Shown here piece by piece: positions 8,990 through 17,307 of a stretch of 58,673 bases of DNA. The notes under the pieces were generated by a model. It was not told the DNA's origin, did not search any database, and saw nothing but the letters and a program-made list of their open reading frames with translations. How positions within the stretch are numbered: the stretch's first letter is position 1; every line of letters begins with the position of its first letter. The position numbers and the translations under genes are program-made. The stretch is from Clostridia bacterium (GTDB lineage Bacteria; Bacillota; Clostridia; Oscillospirales; CAG-272): NCBI GenBank assembly GCA_017399105.1, contig JAFQEJ010000018.1:1-58673 (forward strand), read 5' to 3'.

Positions 8990-9652
8990 ATGTTCAAGCA
9001 CGAAAAACAGCTCTTCCATCCGGTTGGTGTGGAGAGGGCGAATCCGCAGTATGCGGCACTGCTGCAGGAACAGCTCGGCGGCGGAAATGGTGAGTTGAAG
9101 TCGGCAATGCAGTATATGTCACAATCTTTCCGCATCAAGGATCAGAAAATCAAGGATCTCTTTCTGGATATTGCCGCCGAGGAATTGGGACACATGGAGA
9201 TGGTGGCACAGACCATCTGTCTGCTGAACGGGCATGATGTGGATGCTGAAAAGGTGCCTTCGGGTGAGATCCAGACCCATGTACAGCTTGGATTGAACCC
9301 CGGGCTGATCAATGCATCCGGTTATTCCTGGACGGGCGATTATGTGACGGTGACCGGCGATCTCTGTGCTGATTTACTCAGTAATATTGCCTCAGAGCAG
9401 AGAGCAAAGGTGGTGTACGAATATCTCTACCGTCAGATCGAGGACAAAAAGGTGCGTGAGACCATCGATTTTTTGCTCAACCGTGAGGAGGCACACAATC
9501 AGCTCTTCCGCGATGCTTTCAATGAGGTACAGGAGAGCGGCTCTAATCGCGACTTCGGTACGACTAAGGCAGCGAAGATGTATTTCTCGCTCTCAAATCC
9601 GGGAGCGAATGCCTTTGCGGGAGGAGATGTGAAGCCGCCTGCCTTTACCTGA
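8990..9652 (+). CDS. Manganese catalase family protein (CotJC/YdbD-like)
   Basis: MFKHEKQLFHPV...ELGHMEMV (the di-Mn ExxH motif). GAGGTG sits 7 nt before the ATG at 8990; the tracked ORF start at 8882 is probably upstream read-through. Confidence 0.8.
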   Translation: MFKHEKQLFHPVGVERANPQYAALLQEQLGGGNGELKSAMQYMSQSFRIKDQKIKDLFLDIAAEELGHMEMVAQTICLLNGHDVDAEKVPSGEIQTHVQLGLNPGLINASGYSWTGDYVTVTGDLCADLLSNIASEQRAKVVYEYLYRQIEDKKVRETIDFLLNREEAHNQLFRDAFNEVQESGSNRDFGTTKAAKMYFSLSNPGANAFAGGDVKPPAFT

Positions 9653-9660
9653 ATTGATTT

Positions 9661-9695
9661 GGGGAGGATGATTTTTACGATCATCCTCCCTTTTG
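9661..9695 (+). terminator. Rho-independent terminator after the Mn-catalase gene
   Basis: GGGAGGATGAT-ttttacg-ATCATCCTCCC followed by TTTT. Confidence 0.75.
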
Positions 9696-9708
9696 TATAG
9701 AATTATCC

Positions 9709-9737
9709 TTGACAATAGCAGATGAATATGTTATAAT
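9709..9737 (+). promoter_or_regulatory. Perfect consensus promoter TTGACA-17-TATAAT for lipoprotein A
   Basis: ccTTGACAatagcagatgaatatgtTATAATaaa. Confidence 0.6.
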
Positions 9738-9793
9738 AAAACATAAAAACATTGAAATGTGCGAAGATAAACATGTAATACGTAGGAGGGACT

Positions 9794-12514
9794 ATGAAAA
9801 AAGTATGTACATCGGGTATCGCGCTGATTCTTGTTTTGCTCATGCTGTTGCTTGCAGGATGTGAGAGTGATACAGGCAGTGATGAAACAGAAGCAGAAAC
9901 AGATACCGTTGCTTCGGTCAGCAGCGAGGTTGACATTACCGGCTACAAGCTGATGAGAAGCGATGTAAGCTCGGACGAGGTGCGTGACAGCTATGTTCTG
10001 GTCAAGAAGATGGCACGGGAACTCTGCGGCGTTGAGCTGGAAGTGGGCACCGATTATAAATCGGAGGATCCTGCCAACCGTACCGAAAAGGAGATCATCA
10101 TCGGTCATACCAATCTTCCCGAGGAAAATGCTGTTTACGAAACGCTTGCCGAGGGAGAGTATGCGATCACACAGAGCGGCAGCAAGATCATTATTGTCGG
10201 TTATACCGACACGGAGACCGTTTATGCCGTCAACCGTTTTCTGGAGCTGACTATGGGATACAATAAGGATAAATATGAAAATCAGCCGATCGGTACATCG
10301 GTGCTGAATATTCCCAACGAGAAGCAGGCAGTTGAAATGCCGTCGTTTGAATCAGGCAGAGTGATTTCTGCTATTCCCGCGATGACAAGTGAAGTTATGA
10401 AGTCTTCCGAATTCAAGCTGAACGGCTGTAAGAAGGAGGGCGACAATATTCACTGGACGAATACCGGTACGGCGGTGGCTGATATCGACACGGGAGAAGG
10501 AAGCTTCCGTATAGAATTTACGGTGGATATCGAAGGCGAAAATATGCCTACCATACAGTTATTTACATATTTTAATAATGCGGAGCATATCTGCATCGGT
10601 ATTTCGGACAGCTTTGTGCGTATCGGAAGAGCGACCTATGAGCGCGGCGGAGCCAATTTCACGGGTGACACCAAGCACTATACCTTCCGCATGGATGTAC
10701 ATCCCGACTCGGGGCGCATGCAGTATTTTGTGAATGGAAAATTCCTCGGCGAGATGAATATTGGTGAGGCGGATGATCCGCTGACCGCTCACTCCAACTT
10801 TGCGCTGGCAGCAGTCGGCGACAAAATTGATGTAACGATTTCGGATATCCGCTGGGAAAACATCGATGACATCGGAGAGAGACGCTACGATGCGCCCAAG
10901 GTGCTGACTGCTGCTGACGATATCTATCCCAAGTCGGAGAAGGCGCCCGGCGATGTGATTTATGTGGTTGAAGGTACAACAGCGTCCAATGAGAATCTGT
11001 TGACCATCGCGACTCTGCAGGGAAATGTCAATCGCACAACCCCCGAAATTTTTATGGATTACCGCAACTACAATCTTGACCACCATCATATGAATATTGT
11101 GGAAGAAGAGGCTTATATTGAGATCCTTCGGCAGAAGGGCAGAACGGTGGAAAACGCCGATATAGAGGAGCTTCTTGTCAAGTATGCTGACCGATACAAA
11201 GGTGTTATTGTGGGAGATGCCTTCGCTACCGTATATGGTGAGAATGTGGTTACCTCTCTTTGCGGTGTGCTTGATGCAGTATATCTGACAGAAAAGCAGT
11301 ATGAGTCGCTGAAAAAACAGATCAAAAAGGATGTGCTTTTCCGCATTGATGCCTATTGGGAATCTCCGGTAGATGCATATATGTGGGTATGGAATACTTA
11401 TGGAGATCTGTTCTCGGATAACATTCTCTTCCATACGCCTTCTATGATTGAGCAGACCGGTCACAATTCAAGAGCATGCCGTGATTATGCGGTCATGTCA
11501 CGTGCTTTTACCTTCTATACACATGGCGTTGAATGTGTGGAGGACTATGATTTTTATATGAATCTGTTTGCCACACGCGCCGCCAACTCGGGCATTGTCG
11601 GATTCGGCGGAGGATGCTTCCCCGAATTTGAGATGTTCCAGGTGGCAGGTCAGTTTGCCAAGTTCTGGACTTACGGTTTCTCCACACCGAACATGTCGCT
11701 TTTCAACAGTCTTGAAGTAGGTGAGCTGAAGCAGAAAGCTCCCACATCGGGTGTACAGCTTGAGAATGATACGGTGTATGTAGCATTTGATATGTCGGAA
11801 GGTGACAATCTGTCCTGGAACTATCACCTTTGGGCACAGAATTTTTCCAATGAAGCAGGACGTGCTGCTTATCCCAAGGGATACTCGCTTTGCGGTGCGC
11901 TCTATTATGTTGCACCTGCACTGATTGAGTATTTTTATGATATTGCTACGGTTAACGATTACTTCTTCCTTGACGGCGGAAGCGTTTCCAATGTGGGATC
12001 ACCCGATTCATATGCTCTGATGTACAAGGATGATGACCGTGAAGTGATCATGAAAGAGATGCTCTCGGTGCTCAATCATGTCTGTGAGAAAACTGATATA
12101 ACTGTTCTTCGTGCGATCAACAATATTTCGGATGAAATGACTCTTAGATTTGATGAAGCCTGCCCCAAGATTACGGCGCTGTTCTCTTCCTACGGTAACA
12201 CAACCTATTCTACCGGCGGAAGCGGAGGAAAATATGCGGATTCTATTAAAATGGTGGGTGATATGGTACGTGTGCGCTGTCATTTGACCAATTTCCAGGC
12301 GGATCTCGGGAAACAGCTTAAAACGCTCGCCAAGCAGGTTAAATCGGATGATGGCATTGTTTTTGCAAAGACCTTTATATATGCAAATTCGGTACTTTAC
12401 GATATTGCAGATCTGAAGAAATATACCGATGAGCTGGAATCTTCGGGTAAGACGATCGTCTATGTGCGTCCCGATGAATATGCGGCGCTCTACAGAGAAT
12501 ACGCATCAAGATAA
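9794..12514 (+). CDS. Large lipoprotein A (906 aa) of unknown function, with a shared ~100-aa N-terminal module
   Basis: Signal peptide with LAGC lipobox, then a Ser/Thr/Glu-rich linker. Residues ~50-160 align with the N-terminal modules of lipoproteins B and C (Y.l..SD...EI.IG.TN....YAVNrFLE). The remainder has no recognisable catalytic motif. Confidence 0.6.
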   Translation: MKKVCTSGIALILVLLMLLLAGCESDTGSDETEAETDTVASVSSEVDITGYKLMRSDVSSDEVRDSYVLVKKMARELCGVELEVGTDYKSEDPANRTEKEIIIGHTNLPEENAVYETLAEGEYAITQSGSKIIIVGYTDTETVYAVNRFLELTMGYNKDKYENQPIGTSVLNIPNEKQAVEMPSFESGRVISAIPAMTSEVMKSSEFKLNGCKKEGDNIHWTNTGTAVADIDTGEGSFRIEFTVDIEGENMPTIQLFTYFNNAEHICIGISDSFVRIGRATYERGGANFTGDTKHYTFRMDVHPDSGRMQYFVNGKFLGEMNIGEADDPLTAHSNFALAAVGDKIDVTISDIRWENIDDIGERRYDAPKVLTAADDIYPKSEKAPGDVIYVVEGTTASNENLLTIATLQGNVNRTTPEIFMDYRNYNLDHHHMNIVEEEAYIEILRQKGRTVENADIEELLVKYADRYKGVIVGDAFATVYGENVVTSLCGVLDAVYLTEKQYESLKKQIKKDVLFRIDAYWESPVDAYMWVWNTYGDLFSDNILFHTPSMIEQTGHNSRACRDYAVMSRAFTFYTHGVECVEDYDFYMNLFATRAANSGIVGFGGGCFPEFEMFQVAGQFAKFWTYGFSTPNMSLFNSLEVGELKQKAPTSGVQLENDTVYVAFDMSEGDNLSWNYHLWAQNFSNEAGRAAYPKGYSLCGALYYVAPALIEYFYDIATVNDYFFLDGGSVSNVGSPDSYALMYKDDDREVIMKEMLSVLNHVCEKTDITVLRAINNISDEMTLRFDEACPKITALFSSYGNTTYSTGGSGGKYADSIKMVGDMVRVRCHLTNFQADLGKQLKTLAKQVKSDDGIVFAKTFIYANSVLYDIADLKKYTDELESSGKTIVYVRPDEYAALYREYASR

Positions 12515-12637
12515 AAATAACATGAATATCACAAGACCCGGCGGATATCACATCTGTCGGGTTTTGTTATGGCATATTTGTATAAAAAATACAGTTGAAA
12601 TTCAGCATTATGACTAATTTAAAGTTAAAATGAAATG

Positions 12638-12666
12638 TTGACAATGTTAGATTTGTGTGATATAAT
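12638..12666 (+). promoter_or_regulatory. Perfect consensus promoter TTGACA-17-TATAAT for the DeoR gene
   Basis: gTTGACAatgttagatttgtgtgaTATAATgca. Confidence 0.55.
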
Positions 12667-12693
12667 GCAATTAGAATAAAATGGAGAGTGAAT

Positions 12694-13431
12694 ATGAATA
12701 CACGCCAGCAGGACATTATCAGCTTACTTGAACAGCGCGGGGAGATGACCATCAAATCGCTTGCCGAGACCTTCGGTGTCACCGAGATGACCATTCACCG
12801 CGATCTTGATTATCTGGAAAAGAAGAACTATCTATTTAAAAAGCGCGGTGCCGCTGTTTTTGTCAACAGCCATGACAGAGAAAGCCGCAGCTTTTATGCG
12901 GATGAAAAACGCAGCATCGGACAGAAGGCAGCCGAGCTGATCAAACCCGGTCAGTCAATTCTCTTCGACAACAGCACAACAGCACTTGAAACAGCGCGTT
13001 TTCTTGATGGAATCGCCGGGCTGACTTTCTATACCACCAATCTGGAAACCGCGGCAATTCTGGCAAAATACCCGAATACCATCATGTACTGCAGCGGCGG
13101 ATATTATTTTCCCGATTCCAAGGGTTTTATCGGAAAACAGACAGAGACATTTGTGGAGAGCATTCATGTGGATCTTTGTGTGATTGGTGCCAGCGGTATC
13201 GATATTGAGCACGGTATCACAGGTCCATATCCCATGCACACTGCGCTTCAGCGCAAGATTATCGATGCAGCCGATTACCGTATTCTTACAGCCGATCATT
13301 CCAAGTTCGGAAAGGCAGCCATTGAAAAGATTGCCGATCTTGACGAGATTGACTGCATTGTTACCGACAGCGGTATTCGGCCTGAGATTTCGGAGGAATA
13401 CGGAAAGCATACGCGAATCATTCTGGCGTAG
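12694..13431 (+). CDS. DeoR/GlpR-family transcriptional regulator
   Basis: N-terminal DeoR HTH (IISLLEQRGEMTIKSLAETFGVTEMTIHRDLDYLEK) and a C-terminal DeoRC sugar-phosphate sensor domain. GGAG sits 7 nt before the ATG. Confidence 0.85.
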   Translation: MNTRQQDIISLLEQRGEMTIKSLAETFGVTEMTIHRDLDYLEKKNYLFKKRGAAVFVNSHDRESRSFYADEKRSIGQKAAELIKPGQSILFDNSTTALETARFLDGIAGLTFYTTNLETAAILAKYPNTIMYCSGGYYFPDSKGFIGKQTETFVESIHVDLCVIGASGIDIEHGITGPYPMHTALQRKIIDAADYRILTADHSKFGKAAIEKIADLDEIDCIVTDSGIRPEISEEYGKHTRIILA

Positions 13432-13531
13432 GTTAAACAGTAAACAACAGCACGGGACTGTTGAAATAAAATCAATTCTTGGAAAGGATGGGTGCATCAT
13501 GAATTCCCGCTGTCATGATGCAGAGATTCAC

Positions 13532-15025
13532 ATGAAAAAATCATTGTTAAAGCCGCTTTCTTCTTTGATCTTGGCAGCGCTGATGATGCTTGGATCCTTT
13601 GCGGCATGTTCAACAGAAGATGGAGGAGCGCAGACTCCTTCGGACGACACAGCGGTCGATCAGACTGCAGCTGATACAACTGCGGCTCCCGAAGAGACCG
13701 AGCTTGTTTATGCAGCCGACATTCCCTCGGGAACCAACTATAACGGCTATAACTTCCGCGTTGCGGTTGCCGATCTGACCACCATTGTCTGGTGTGATAC
13801 CGACTTTTCGATCCTTGAGCCTTCGGCGGATATTGTAGAAAATGCCGTTTATGAACGTAAGACCAAGGTTGAAGGTCAGCTCGGTGTGGAAATCACTCCG
13901 GTTTACTATCTGGGCGACGTTGCAAATGAAATGAGCAAGAGCATTCAGGCGGATGAAAATGCTTTTGATATCGGTTTTGCACCTCCTAAATTTTCGGGTG
14001 CGAGAACGACTGAGGGCTGGTTCCTTGATCTGAATAATTTCCCCAACATCGATCTGAGCGATCCCTGGTGGGATCAGAACTCGGTGGAGGATCTTTCAAT
14101 TAAGGGAAAGCTCTTTACCGTTGCTGGTGATATCGGATATAACTATAAGCGTTCGACTTCGGTGCTTTTCTTCAACAAGAAACTCATCGAGACTAAGCAG
14201 CTGGAGAATCCCTATGATCTGGTTAACAACAATCAGTGGACACTGGATAAGCTTTTCGAGATGGCAGACAACATTTCGGAGGATCTGAACGGTGACTCTG
14301 CAATTTCTCCTGCCGACGACCTGTACGGATTTGCAAACTGTCCCGATACGCTCAATCAGATGATGGTGGGTGCCGGTGTCAATGTTACTGAGTTTGATTC
14401 GGAGGGTACACCCACACTCTGCTTCATGGATGAACGGACTACCTCTGTTTTTGAGAAGATCACCACATTTATTTACGATGATGCCAAGTCCTTTAACTGG
14501 GAGGCTGTCGGCGTCAATGCAGGTACCAAGTTTACCAATGACCAGCTTCTCTTTATGCCTACCGAATTCTGGGTTATTACAACCTATCGCGATATGGCGA
14601 CCGATTTCGGTGTGCTTCCCATGCCCAAGTATGATGCATCTCAGGAGAACTACGGACATATCGTTAACGCTCATGTCGCAGCACTGCTCATGATTCCCAG
14701 AACCAACACAGACAATAATATGACCGGTCATGTGGTTTCTGCGCTTGGTGCTGAGGGAAAGAATCTTATCACTCCCGCATATTATGAGGTTGCGCTCAAG
14801 ACCAAGATGTCCCGCGATACCGAGTCTGAGGCGATGTTTGACATTATTTTTAATTCGATCGACTGGAACGCAGGTGTAATTTACAACTGGGGCGGCTTTA
14901 TGGATACCACACGCAGCATGGTTGGTGCTAAGAATACCGATATCGCTTCTACATACGAGCGTATGGTGAAGCGAATCAACAAAGATATCGAGAAGGTACT
15001 CGAGGCATACAGCAAGCTTGGTTGA
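13532..15025 (+). CDS. Large (~497 aa) extracellular solute-binding lipoprotein (LplA-like ABC SBP family), orphan
   Basis: MKKSLLKPLSSLILAALMMLGSFAACS lipoprotein signal and an Asp/Thr/Ala-rich linker. It is the right length and composition for a family-1 large SBP. An alternative start lies at 13499. No permease or ATPase genes are nearby. Confidence 0.6.
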   Translation: MKKSLLKPLSSLILAALMMLGSFAACSTEDGGAQTPSDDTAVDQTAADTTAAPEETELVYAADIPSGTNYNGYNFRVAVADLTTIVWCDTDFSILEPSADIVENAVYERKTKVEGQLGVEITPVYYLGDVANEMSKSIQADENAFDIGFAPPKFSGARTTEGWFLDLNNFPNIDLSDPWWDQNSVEDLSIKGKLFTVAGDIGYNYKRSTSVLFFNKKLIETKQLENPYDLVNNNQWTLDKLFEMADNISEDLNGDSAISPADDLYGFANCPDTLNQMMVGAGVNVTEFDSEGTPTLCFMDERTTSVFEKITTFIYDDAKSFNWEAVGVNAGTKFTNDQLLFMPTEFWVITTYRDMATDFGVLPMPKYDASQENYGHIVNAHVAALLMIPRTNTDNNMTGHVVSALGAEGKNLITPAYYEVALKTKMSRDTESEAMFDIIFNSIDWNAGVIYNWGGFMDTTRSMVGAKNTDIASTYERMVKRINKDIEKVLEAYSKLG

Positions 15026-15026
15026 T

Positions 15027-17234
15027 ATGAAAAAACGCATCACGGCACTGATTATCGCATGTTTTCTTCTGCTGTGCTCCTGTGACAGTGGAATACAGCA
15101 GGAGACGCTCTCCGACACACTTCTGATATCCGAGGCTGAAACCGAGCTGCCGAAGCTTTCACTTGACGGCTATACGGTGGTGATCAGCGGCGATGCTTCC
15201 GAGCGCGAGAGTGAAGCGGCGAAGGCACTGTACCTGGCGCTGGGGGAGGTTTGTGAGGGAATTGCGCTCTCGGACGATTTCGACGGCAAGCAGGACAACA
15301 CCGGTCGGGCAGAAATTCTTGTGGGCGCGACCAACCGTCCTCAGTCACAGGCTGCACTGGTGGAGTGCGGTGAATTTGAGTTTATTATCCGCAGTGCGGA
15401 GAACAAGCTTGTCATCGCGGCAAAGCGTCCTGAAACTATCGAATATGCGGTGAATTATTTTCTTGAGCACTGTACTGTTCGAGGCAGCGTTGACCAATCG
15501 ATGTCAATACTGCTCTCATATACAGAGCTTGAGGGGATTGAAGCCTACGATTATAATGAGGTTTATAATATGAACTGCACCCGTCCTACCGAAGATATTG
15601 TCTATCCCAGAAGTGATCTTCAGGCATCGCTTGTCGAAACCGAAACACGCAGTGTTTCGAAATCCGACATTTATACCGGCGGCCCTCAGTTTATCGCGAA
15701 GCTTTATACAGAAGCGCTCTCCCGCTCGCCTTCCGGTGAAGAATTTGCTGATGCCACAGCACGAATCTCCGAGAAGGGTTGTACAGTGGAAACACTGACA
15801 GCTTTGGCATATGAGATTTTTGCTTCGGATGAATATAAAAATCACAATCTCACCCGGGAAGAATCCTGCTTCACCCTCTACCGTGCCATCTTCTCACGCG
15901 ATCCTTCGCTTGAAGAGTTGGAGACTTTTGGAGGAAATGCCGCAGACTCTGTGTCATCGCTTACTGCGAGTGATGAGTTTGCGGATATGATGCAGGGGAT
16001 TATCGAAGGACCGTACTTCTGGGGCATTAATCAGGAAGAGGTCTATACAGGAAGTAGCGTGATTCTCGCATCGCAGCTTCAGAAGCAGATCTCAAACTAT
16101 ACTGTGACCAAGCTGCCGCAGGGAACGCTGGTGCTTATGGATACGGTGCTGGTGCTTCCAACGGGTGCAATGCTTGTCACTGAGGGGGAACCGACACATT
16201 ATGCGAAGATGGCGCGCTTTCTGCGACCGGCAGAGAAGGGAAGCCATCACCATCTGATTCAGATGGGAGAAGAATGTGAGATCAAGTCGATTTTTATTGA
16301 CGGCAATATGTCGGCATTTGAGCTCAATGAAACTGCAAACGGAAGCAATACCGTGATTACGGGAAGCTACTGCAATGTTACATACTGCCGCGTGTCCGAT
16401 TCCACCAGCCACCAGAATGTATGGGCGTTGGACGGCACAAGCGAGATGTACATCGCACATAATCTGATCACCGGTTATGCATCCGATCACAATAAGACCT
16501 GGCAGGACGGTATTTCCTGTCTGGCAACCGGATCGGTCATCGAGTACAATGATATCGTCGATACGACAGACGGTGCGATTGCGGTGTTCCGTTATATCGA
16601 AAACTATGCGGCATACGATCATATCCGGGCGCAGAATTCGATCATTCGTTATAACAACATCTTCAATGCAGGTAATTCCGCTTATGTTGCACATGACTAC
16701 GAGACGGTGAATTATTTTAAGATTGGCAATCCTCCTGAATATCCTGCCAATATGACCGGACTTGTCAGCTATGAAAATAACATCTGGACATCCTGGAGAG
16801 CGCATTATCATATGGTGGTTACCTTCTCTACGGTACCGTGGCAGGGACCTGTGGTCAATGACCGTGCCATCGGCGGTTCCTTCTATAACAATTCCTCACC
16901 CGACGGATGCTTTGCGCTCTGTGCCTGCGGAATCAATGTGGACAAGGTTACCGATGCGGCGGTACGGGGCAACAGCTTTCTCTTCTATCTCGGTGACTGG
17001 TGCCGATCTGCGCCGGGAGTGGGAGCTCGTGCATACAGCATCAATGAGGAGAACAGCGGCGGCGACTTCCAGGCTGGCTATGTGAATATGCCGATTGCAA
17101 CAGAGACTGCGACCTTCATCAACACTCTTGCAGGAGGGCTGACGCTGGAGGCTGCCGATACGGTTGAGCTGCAGGGATGGAAGCTGACCGAGGGAAAGGT
17201 GACCATTCCTCTGGAACGCTTTCAGGCAGAATAG
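15027..17234 (+). CDS. Lipoprotein B: shared N-terminal module + DUF4214-like repeats + right-handed beta-helix + C-terminal Cys cluster
   Basis: MKKRITALIIACFLLLCSCD lipobox. The N-module aligns with A and C. Two repeats resemble DUF4214 (FIAKLYTEALSRSPSGEEF.., CFTLYRAIFSRDPSLEEL..). Beta-helix rung-like repeats follow (NLITGYASDH.., EYNDIVDTTDGAI.., IRYNNIFNAGNSAY), then CFALCACGIN...DWCRS. Its ATG at 15027 lies 1 nt after the SBP stop. Confidence 0.55.
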   Translation: MKKRITALIIACFLLLCSCDSGIQQETLSDTLLISEAETELPKLSLDGYTVVISGDASERESEAAKALYLALGEVCEGIALSDDFDGKQDNTGRAEILVGATNRPQSQAALVECGEFEFIIRSAENKLVIAAKRPETIEYAVNYFLEHCTVRGSVDQSMSILLSYTELEGIEAYDYNEVYNMNCTRPTEDIVYPRSDLQASLVETETRSVSKSDIYTGGPQFIAKLYTEALSRSPSGEEFADATARISEKGCTVETLTALAYEIFASDEYKNHNLTREESCFTLYRAIFSRDPSLEELETFGGNAADSVSSLTASDEFADMMQGIIEGPYFWGINQEEVYTGSSVILASQLQKQISNYTVTKLPQGTLVLMDTVLVLPTGAMLVTEGEPTHYAKMARFLRPAEKGSHHHLIQMGEECEIKSIFIDGNMSAFELNETANGSNTVITGSYCNVTYCRVSDSTSHQNVWALDGTSEMYIAHNLITGYASDHNKTWQDGISCLATGSVIEYNDIVDTTDGAIAVFRYIENYAAYDHIRAQNSIIRYNNIFNAGNSAYVAHDYETVNYFKIGNPPEYPANMTGLVSYENNIWTSWRAHYHMVVTFSTVPWQGPVVNDRAIGGSFYNNSSPDGCFALCACGINVDKVTDAAVRGNSFLFYLGDWCRSAPGVGARAYSINEENSGGDFQAGYVNMPIATETATFINTLAGGLTLEAADTVELQGWKLTEGKVTIPLERFQAE

Positions 17235-17252
17235 ACTAAACAATCATTCAGA

Positions 17253-17290
17253 AAGGGCTTAAAGAAAACAAACTTTAAGCCCTTATTTAT
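17253..17290 (+). terminator. Hairpin between the two paralogs
   Basis: AAGGGCTTAAAG-aaaacaaa-CTTTAAGCCCTT followed by ATTTAT. Confidence 0.6.
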
Positions 17291-17307
17291 ACGAGGTGAT
17301 TTATTCA

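Noticed and set aside
10559-11464. 301-aa minus-strand ORF (similar cases: 14096-15118, 16092-16811, 17317-17937, 19552-20652, all minus-strand)
   Set aside because: All are antisense to the lipoprotein/SBP genes. Those genes have signal peptides, RBSs and mutual paralogy. The antisense products have no motifs and no RBS.
9794-12514. Assignment of lipoprotein A to the GxGYxYP putative glycosidase family
   Set aside because: The overall size and context were suggestive, but I could not find the eponymous G-x-G-Y-x-Y-P motif in the sequence. No family call is made.
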